Source: Blepharisma stoltei ATCC 30299
Lineage: Eukaryota; Protista; Ciliophora
Assembly: GCA_965603825.1 (NCBI GenBank)
Contig: CBFDEM010000005.1
Location: forward strand, 186,001-250,000
Direction: 5' to 3'
Length of the DNA stretch: 64,000 nucleotides
A program made the translations under genes and the position numbers. This document shows, one piece after another, positions 57,444-64,000 of this stretch. The stretch's first letter is position 1. Each line of letters begins with the position of its first letter. The notes under the pieces were generated by a model, which did not search any database, had not been told where the DNA came from, and saw nothing but the letters and a program-made list of their open reading frames with translations.

Positions 57444-58649
57444 TTACATTATGCAACAAGAAGAAGGTTTATATCCCACACATCCATTGCAGAATCAGTC
57501 TGGCTCTATTTCATAATTTTCCAATGAAATTGTTCTTGGCTGTATAGGAGTTTTTAAAGACTCTCTTGTCATTTCTTGTGATGGACTTTTCATTTCTTTA
57601 TTACTTAGGGTAAAATTTTCAAAGTTTATCACATCCTGCTCTTCTTCCTTTATATTTTTCTCGTCATCTTGCATGAAGCTGAAAGCATTAGACTCGTTTT
57701 CGCACTTTTCCCATATTTCTTCTTTAAAATCCATGTTACTTGACAAAAAGCTGCTGCAGCCTTCAGGTCTGAATTCAGCATCAAAAGAATTATTTACTGT
57801 TTTATCAGGGGTAATTGCAATACTAGAGCAGCTTGACAAAGATTCTTCGCAATGGCTGTTTTTTAGTTGTGGAGGAGGCCAAAATCTTTTTAGATTATTA
57901 GCAGTTCCTCCGTATTTCATTTCCAGCTGATTTCTATTAAAATCTTTAATCAGAGCATTTTCAGTTTTGTCAACGATTTCAAATTTCTTATATGTATTAG
58001 ATGGCAAAATATTAATTAATAGTTTCCATAATCGAGTTGGGTTGACCACATAAGCTTTGGCAAGTCTGCATTGATAATGAGTATATAACTCTGTTGCTAG
58101 TTTTCTTACATGATTTTGATTGACTTCATTAAAACCTTCAAAGTCTAATAGCATCACCCAATTTTCAATTTGTCCTGGAAGCAGCATAGAGTCAATTACA
58201 AATTCTAGTAAAAAGTAAGCACAAGCTATAAACTCTTGGTATGTGTATTCTGCCAATTTAGACAGCTTAAGTACAATTAAAGGCCGATAATAAATATCTC
58301 TGCCATGTATATAGACTCCACCTGAATTCAAAATATTTTGTACCAATGGGTATACATTCATATAGTTCGGCCACTGTGATTTTCAGTCCAAATGGGCTTG
58401 GATTGCTTCTTCTGCTTTTTTTAAGTCCCATCCTTGGCCATATAAAAATCTTAGCAGTTCGTCTTTTGGGATTTTATTAAAATTCTTTTCAAGCTGCCGA
58501 AGTGGCTGTAATTCTCAATCTTTGTATTCTTGCTTATTAAAAATAAGCCTTTCTACATAGCTATCTGTTTCAATTAAAGCTTGCTCACCTTCAGGCCAAT
58601 ATAAATGTGAAGCTTTTGGAGGTGCATTTCTTGATTTGATTTTGTGCAT
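57444..58649 (-). CDS. CRAL-TRIO (Sec14-like) lipid-binding protein with C-terminal CaaX (CCIM), 401 aa
   Basis: ELLRFLYGQGWDLKKA...HLDWK (CRAL_TRIO_N), GRDIYYRPL, PGQIENW, HYQCRL, QLEMKYGG. TGA=Trp extends both ends of the track ORF. Confidence 0.88.
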
Positions 58650-58904
58650 GATCTTTTAGACTCTTAACTTTAAATTATTTATGCCATTAATTCGTAGCAA
58701 ATTTATTTATTTCGATAGCCCTAAATTTTATATATTTTTCTTCTTTTTTAACATAGGTAAGGAATCAGAATTCTTGTTTTTATTTTTAGCTTCTAACCGC
58801 TTACATTTTTTGTAAAGATTATTTTAAATAAGTTTCTCAAATTATTTGTTTTATATTTAGGATAATGATTTAATGATAATTAGTGATATAAAATTTCAAT
58901 TAAG

Positions 58905-59561
58905 CTAATTTTTTATGGAATAGCAGCCCCAGCCCTTTCCTTCTTCAATAATTCCGCTTGAAAGCATTCTTTGTAAATGATCAGGGAGGTTGTCAATTTT
59001 AGCATCAAGCTGGTCTTTTATTTGCTTATCTGTCACCCCTCTTGGGTTTTTCCCTGGATTCGCCTTTTGTATAGCCTGCAAAATTATATCATCAACATTT
59101 ACTTGAATTTTCTGCACTGGCGGCTGGTTCAGCTTTATATGCGCCCACACAACCCTAGCTAAAAATTCATCGACCTGTGTCCTTTTGTCCAATTTTTCAA
59201 TCGAAGTCAAAACAACACTCACATTATCATGAAATTTTCTCAAATTCCCTGTAATATGCACATACTCTCCTTCCTTAAAATCCTCATCTCTCATTATGCT
59301 CGGTTTCTCGTCCCCTTTTTTATAAATCACAGCTGAAAATTCCCCAAATGAGTCCTTCAGTTTAAATTCAAATCTTAATGCTGTTTCCTGGATCTCTGAA
59401 ATCCAGCCAACTGTTTCTATTGTATCCAAAGACCTGTCGTACCATTTAAATGTCTCGTCTTCACTTTTAGATATCTGAGTTAGCATAGACAAAGTGCAAG
59501 GCAGATACTGCTGAGATTTTCTTTCTGTTTGAAATCTTCCATATCCCGCGTTTGATTCCAT
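58905..59561 (-). CDS. RPA2: Replication protein A 32-kDa subunit-like (OB fold plus winged helix)
   Basis: YLPCTLSML, TVGWI, FKLKDSFG, GEYVHITGNLRKF (RPA32 OB); C-terminal wH with PRGV....I...L......LLSSGII. Confidence 0.8.
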   Translation of the reverse strand: MESNAGYGRFQTERKSQQYLPCTLSMLTQISKSEDETFKWYDRSLDTIETVGWISEIQETALRFEFKLKDSFGEFSAVIYKKGDEKPSIMRDEDFKEGEYVHITGNLRKFHDNVSVVLTSIEKLDKRTQVDEFLARVVWAHIKLNQPPVQKIQVNVDDIILQAIQKANPGKNPRGVTDKQIKDQLDAKIDNLPDHLQRMLSSGIIEEGKGWGCYSIKN

Positions 59562-59568
59562 TTATAAA

Positions 59569-60363
59569 TTAAGGGAACTTATAATTATTTACTAGATGAG
59601 AGTTAGCATGCTTATGCTTGGACTCAGGTGTATGGTCAGTTGTCCAAGAGCAAAGTGATAAATCTCGCTTAGACCTGCGAACTGGAGGAATTAATGATTT
59701 TTGATTGGAAGGGATAAGGGGTTCTTGAGTGAAAAGTTTGGTGGGGATTTTTTGAATTGAAGGCATTTTAATTTTGGTTTCGCTTAAGCTTTTTCTGTAC
59801 AGTGGCTGGGGATGAGTAATAAATGATTTACTTAAAAAATTCTTTTGCCTTTCTTTTGGTGGTTTTTGAGAGGTTTCAACACTTTTCCTAAGGTTTTTGA
59901 ACGCTTTTAAATATTGCTCTTTACTTTTATAGTGAGTCTTGTTGGAAATTGAAAAATTCAAATCACTCTTTATATGTGACTGAAAAACATTGATGTACTG
60001 ACGCATTACTTTTGGCTGATTTACGTCAGCGAGGCTAAAAGCAGGCTTTAGAATTGTGTGCTCTTTTGGTTGACGAGAATTATAAGCATGATTAAGTAGA
60101 CGAAAAAAATTTGATTCAGGGTCATTATTTACAAAAGTAATTTTACTGTATAGCTGAGGATCTCCATTGAAAGATATCGAATTGATATCTGTAAACCCCT
60201 TTTTAGGCTTCAGAGGTTTGATAGATTTGGTAGCAAGTGAAAATAAAGGATTTTGAACTTGACTGGCTTGGATTTCAAGTGCCAAACTTGACTTACTGTG
60301 TTCTAGTTCATCTTTTATAGTATTGTAGGTATTACTTTGTCTGGATTTTTGTGTTCTGTACAT
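59569..60363 (-). CDS. Hypothetical basic protein, 264 aa
   Basis: Long ATG to TAA ORF, K/S/P-rich and low in complexity. Confidence 0.65.
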   Translation of the reverse strand: MYRTQKSRQSNTYNTIKDELEHSKSSLALEIQASQVQNPLFSLATKSIKPLKPKKGFTDINSISFNGDPQLYSKITFVNNDPESNFFRLLNHAYNSRQPKEHTILKPAFSLADVNQPKVMRQYINVFQSHIKSDLNFSISNKTHYKSKEQYLKAFKNLRKSVETSQKPPKERQKNFLSKSFITHPQPLYRKSLSETKIKMPSIQKIPTKLFTQEPLIPSNQKSLIPPVRRSKRDLSLCSWTTDHTPESKHKHANSHLVNNYKFP

Positions 60364-60749
60364 GCTAATTTAATTATGTGCACTTGTAGTTGAAATTATT
60401 TACAAAATTTAGAAATGGAGTTTTCTCTATTTAGCTGAAATTAATAAATATTATATAGCCATTTCATTGAGTTTATCAATAATCCGGGTTTTGGCTAAAT
60501 ATTGTTTTATTTATAAATATAAATAGAAATGCTATTTATTTATAATTATTATTTTATTAACAAGAAATTTATATTCCAATGCATTTTTTGTTTCATTGAA
60601 AATACTCTGTATATAAAAAATCAATTAAGCCAAATTTAAGTTCTTTAAAACAAGAATTTAGCTTATTTTATTTCCATTTTTGAAAAACTTGTTCCACTAC
60701 AAAGAAAACTCATGAATTCAAGGTTTAAATATTGAATATTAATTATACT

Positions 60750-61067
60750 TTAGCCTCCAAATCCGTAAAGAGTTCTTCCTTGTCTCTTTAATGCGTAAAC
60801 AACGTCTAATGCAGTGACAGTCTTTCTTCTTGCATGCTCTGTATAAGTAACAGCGTCTCTTACGACACCTTCCAAGAATACTTTGAGAACGTTTCTTGTC
60901 TCGTCATAGACCAATCCGGAGAGTCTCTTAACACCTCCTCTTCTTGCGAGTCTTCTGATTGCAGGTTTGGTGATACCTTGGATGTTTTCTCTTATAACTC
61001 TTCTATGTCTTTTCTTTGCTCCGACTTTTCCTAAGCCTTTGCCTCCTTTTCCTCCTTTTCCTCCCAT
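60750..61067 (-). CDS. H4: Histone H4 (ciliate type)
   Basis: [17 protein letters not shown]...[21 protein letters not shown]...TLYGFGG. Confidence 0.99.
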   Translation of the reverse strand: MGGKGGKGGKGLGKVGAKKRHRRVIRENIQGITKPAIRRLARRGGVKRLSGLVYDETRNVLKVFLEGVVRDAVTYTEHARRKTVTALDVVYALKRQGRTLYGFGG

Positions 61068-61264
61068 TTATATATAATTATAATCTTTAATATAAGCGCT
61101 TAAATAGGTTGAAATTTATCTCATATTTATTCAATCTTATTTCTTATTGGCGGAATTTTTATAAATGTCTAATTTCTAAATTGCCCAATAAAATTCCAGA
61201 TTCCATTATAAGAGGATCTTTATTGAAGATATAGGTGCGAAAATTCAAATTAGGATAATATATA
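61068..61264. promoter_or_regulatory. Bidirectional H4/H3 promoter with two oppositely oriented CCAAT boxes
   Basis: 197-bp divergent spacer; ATTGG at 61146-61150 (CCAAT towards H4) and CCAAT at 61185-61189 (towards H3). Confidence 0.6.
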
Positions 61265-61681
61265 ATGGCAAGAACAAAACAAACCGCAAGAAAAACTACC
61301 TCAGCAGGAAAAACCCCAAAAAAGCACTTGGCAACTAAAGCCGCCAAGAAAGTCTCAGCTACCACCTCCTCAGGTGTGAAAAAGCCACATAGATTTAGAC
61401 CAGGAACAGTGGCCTTAAGAGAAATCAGGAAGTATCAAAAAAGCACCGAACTTCTTGTGAGGAAACTCCCATTCCAAAGATTAGTTAGAGAAATCGCTCA
61501 AGAATACAAGACCGACTTGAGATTCCAAAGCTCTGCTGTCCTTGCTTTACAAGAAGCTGCTGAAGCCTATTTAGTTGGACTTTTCGAGGACACCAACCTT
61601 TGTGCAATTCATGGAAAGAGAGTTACTATTATGCCTAGAGATATGCAGCTTGCAAGAAGAATCAGGGGAGAAAGATCTTAA
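61265..61681 (+). CDS. H3: Histone H3 with a divergent N-terminal tail
   Basis: ARTKQTARK...[26 protein letters not shown]...[10 protein letters not shown]. Confidence 0.99.
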   Translation: MARTKQTARKTTSAGKTPKKHLATKAAKKVSATTSSGVKKPHRFRPGTVALREIRKYQKSTELLVRKLPFQRLVREIAQEYKTDLRFQSSAVLALQEAAEAYLVGLFEDTNLCAIHGKRVTIMPRDMQLARRIRGERS

Positions 61682-61890
61682 TAAATCCAATTTGATAAAT
61701 AATTTACTTTTTCAAGCTTAAAATTTACTTTTATAATTTTTAATTTTTCCATTTCTTTATATTTGTTACAAAATTTTAAAAGAATAGTCATTCTTAATAT
61801 TGTAAGTCTTCAAAAAAGTTTAATTTATTTTAATCCATCAAAAAATCGTTAAATTAATTCTCAAAGTTATCCATAAAAATTCCAAATAAC

Positions 61891-62919
61891 ATGAGTTCAG
61901 AAGAAGACTTAAATTCTTTCTTAAAATCAAACCGCAGTCTGCCAGAAACAGATAAAATACTCCACGAGCTTTTTAAACAAGCGTTTATTACTAACTGCTC
62001 TCTAGATGATGCTAGCTGCACTCCAGAAGAGTTAAAAACACTTGAAGAGCTTGATACTCTTGAAATCTTAGAGAACTTAAAAGACTTACTAACTGATCTT
62101 CTTAAATTCAAAAAAGATTATAAAACGTCAGATAAAGCTGAACTCGCCAAAAGAAGTGAACAATTTGAAGCCATGCTTCAGAAACTTGAAGCAGAAGTTC
62201 GAAATCACATCCGCATTGAACACCAGTTGAAGCTTCACATAGAAACTTCACAAGGCAAAGTCGATGAACTGGAAAAACTTAAAGAAACTGCAAATAAGCA
62301 AATTAGGGACCTAGAAATTAGACTTCAAGAAAAACCTGCTGAAAATGAGAAAATTCGTCCAAGCTTGCATAGAGATGCAGATAGAGTTAGGAAAGATTAT
62401 GAAGAAAAATTAATAAAACTTGTTGACGCAGGAGAAAAAAGAGAAAAAATCATACATAAACTTGAGCATGAATGCGCAAAATTAAAAAATTTATTCGAAG
62501 AAAAATCAAAAGATTGCGAAAGATATAAAGAGGAATTAAATAAGTATAAAGAGAATACAATAAGTAAAGAAAAAAGATTAGAAGGGCGTGGAGGGAATAA
62601 CATCGACGATCTAAAGCGAAAAGTCGAAGAAAAAGCGATCGAACTAAACTGAATGCAGCAAAAAATTAAAGGAAGTGCGAAATCTCCCAGCCTGCAAGGC
62701 AAAGAAAGGAGAAGTGCCCGAAAATCCTTAGGCGAAATGGAATTAATAAAAAATTCAAGCCCTTATGGAATTCGAAGAGAATACACCGAACCTGCCCCCA
62801 AAAAAGATGAAAGACCTGGAACCTCTTTTAAAAAACCCCGAAGCTCTTCAAGAGGTCACATCCGAAGCCACTCAGAGCACGAGCGCCCAGCGAGCTCGAA
62901 ACGAATCCCGTTACACTAA
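61891..62919 (+). CDS. Coiled-coil protein, 342 aa
   Basis: Two track ORFs abut across TGA 62650; FEAMLQKLEAEVRNHIRIEHQLKLHIE coiled coil; TAA 62917. Confidence 0.8.
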
Positions 62920-62937
62920 TTGTTAATTTTAAAAAAT

Positions 62938-63720
62938 CTATCCAATTAATTCAGTTTTACTACGGTCAACTTTTTTAATGACTCTGATCCAGAGCCTCAA
63001 AATTTCTTCATCTTCATCATGCACCTTCACAAAATTTTTCAGCAAAACTTTATTATAACAGTTAAAATGAGGCTTCAAGCTTCTTTCTTCATAATCTGAT
63101 ATATGTGGGACAATTCCTTTGAACTTTGCTAAATACCCAGGTCCTTCTATTCTCATAGAAATCCTTATAGGATTTCTTGAAATTCTATACAAATACACAT
63201 GAAACATGTTCGCGAAACACTTGGCGAGGACAATAAAAGGGTCATGCCCAATCCTTCAAATCCCTTTGGGCCAATCTGTATTTCCATATCATGAATCAAT
63301 AGGTCCAGAGAACGACCGCAACCCTCCTTCCTCGTCCATGATGATTTCTTTATACTCATGTTTCCTTATTAAATGGTCAATGAGATCTTCTTCATTGCTT
63401 TTACATTCCAGGCATTTAATAAAGTTGTTATATGAACAAGTTTTACAGTGCTGAGGCATATTTAGCAGAGAAATCATTTCCCCACAGCCTTCGAATTTGC
63501 ACGGGACTAAAATTTGGTCTAGCATATTTTCAATCACAATATTCCTGGTCTTGTTTGATATTGAGCTATTGCAGAAAGGACAATTTTGTGTAATTGAGGA
63601 GCAAAGAGAACAGATGCTGTGGCCTGAGCTGCATAAATAGACTGGTGGCGTGTAAACACTCATGCACACCGGACATTCGAGTGTGTCAGCAAATTGCTTA
63701 GTCAAAGACATTTTGTCCAT
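62938..63720 (-). CDS. SINA/SIAH-like RING E3 ubiquitin ligase, 260 aa
   Basis: LECPVC...PPVYLCSSGHSICSLC....CPFC, RNIVIE, PCKFEGC...HCKTC, LIDHLIRKH; reads through TGA into a beta-rich substrate-binding domain; TAG stop. Confidence 0.88.
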
Positions 63721-63737
63721 TTTTAATTATATTAGGA

Positions 63738-64000
63738 TTAAAAGTCTTCATCCCAGTTATTAGCAACATTTTTGGGTTTTCTGGATTTCCCTGGAGGCAT
63801 TTCTTCGCTGGCTTCTTCTAAAGATATGATGTCGTTGATGCTTCGTTTGTTTTTCAGGGCTGCCTGGATTTCTCTAGAAAGGTCAGAAACCCTAGGCCTA
63901 TATGGCGAGTCTAGCTGCCGTGACAAAAGTTGGTCTCAATTGAAGCCGTTAAGCCATGGGTGGGCTTTTAAGTTATCTATGCTTCCTCCTGTTCTCATAG
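63738..64000 (-). CDS. 3' end of an AGC kinase, most likely cGMP-dependent protein kinase
   Basis: MRTGGSIDNLKAHPWLNGFNW(TGA)DQLLSRQLDSPYRP...NWDEDF*; the terminal WDxDF is characteristic of PKG. Confidence 0.78.

Noticed and set aside
69-63454. Numerous short antisense or overlapping ORFs in the track (e.g. 69..299, 9255..9599, 26536..26907, 62397..62702)
   Set aside because: They are shadows of real genes on the opposite strand or frame, with Ser/Phe-rich antisense composition and no motifs.
1-64000. Telomeric repeats, IES/transposon (MITE) remnants, CRISPR arrays, rRNA
   Set aside because: I saw no tandem telomere repeat, terminal inverted repeats, transposase motif or spaced repeats; uninterrupted long genes fit somatic macronuclear DNA.

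Overview
AT-rich, gene-dense eukaryotic nuclear DNA, most probably the macronuclear genome of a heterotrich ciliate of the genus Blepharisma. Two properties, both read directly from the sequence, explain why the ORF track is fragmented. First, TGA is a sense codon for Trp, while TAA and TAG are the stops. Second, introns are only 15-16 nt (GTA...A(-6)...YAG); I found eight. Re-read this way, the window holds about 33 protein genes and one tRNA-Asp gene. The genes include a KATNIP/KIAA0556 homolog, a cyclic-nucleotide-binding K+ channel, Alba, two tandem ~2100-aa P4-ATPase-guanylyl cyclase fusions, a GLE1-like protein with an N-terminal hydrophobic hairpin, the PP2A A subunit, a DSC3-like UBL protein, a pseudokinase, a kinesin and a TPR protein. 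They also include a 2578-aa polycystin-1-like (REJ/GPS) surface protein with an unusual ~34-unit acidic Cys-Cys/beta-strand repeat, two tandem MFS transporters with shared introns, a hybrid histidine kinase, C2-PX, CRAL-TRIO with a CaaX box, RPA2, a divergent H4/H3 pair, a SINA-like E3 ligase and the 3' end of a PKG. No mobile element, CRISPR array, telomere or rRNA is visible. The most novel candidates are the CC-repeat polycystin-like receptor, the apparently membrane-anchored GLE1, the stop-less 15-nt introns, and a 7-nt gap between two tandem genes. All homology calls are from motif recognition by eye, not database searches.
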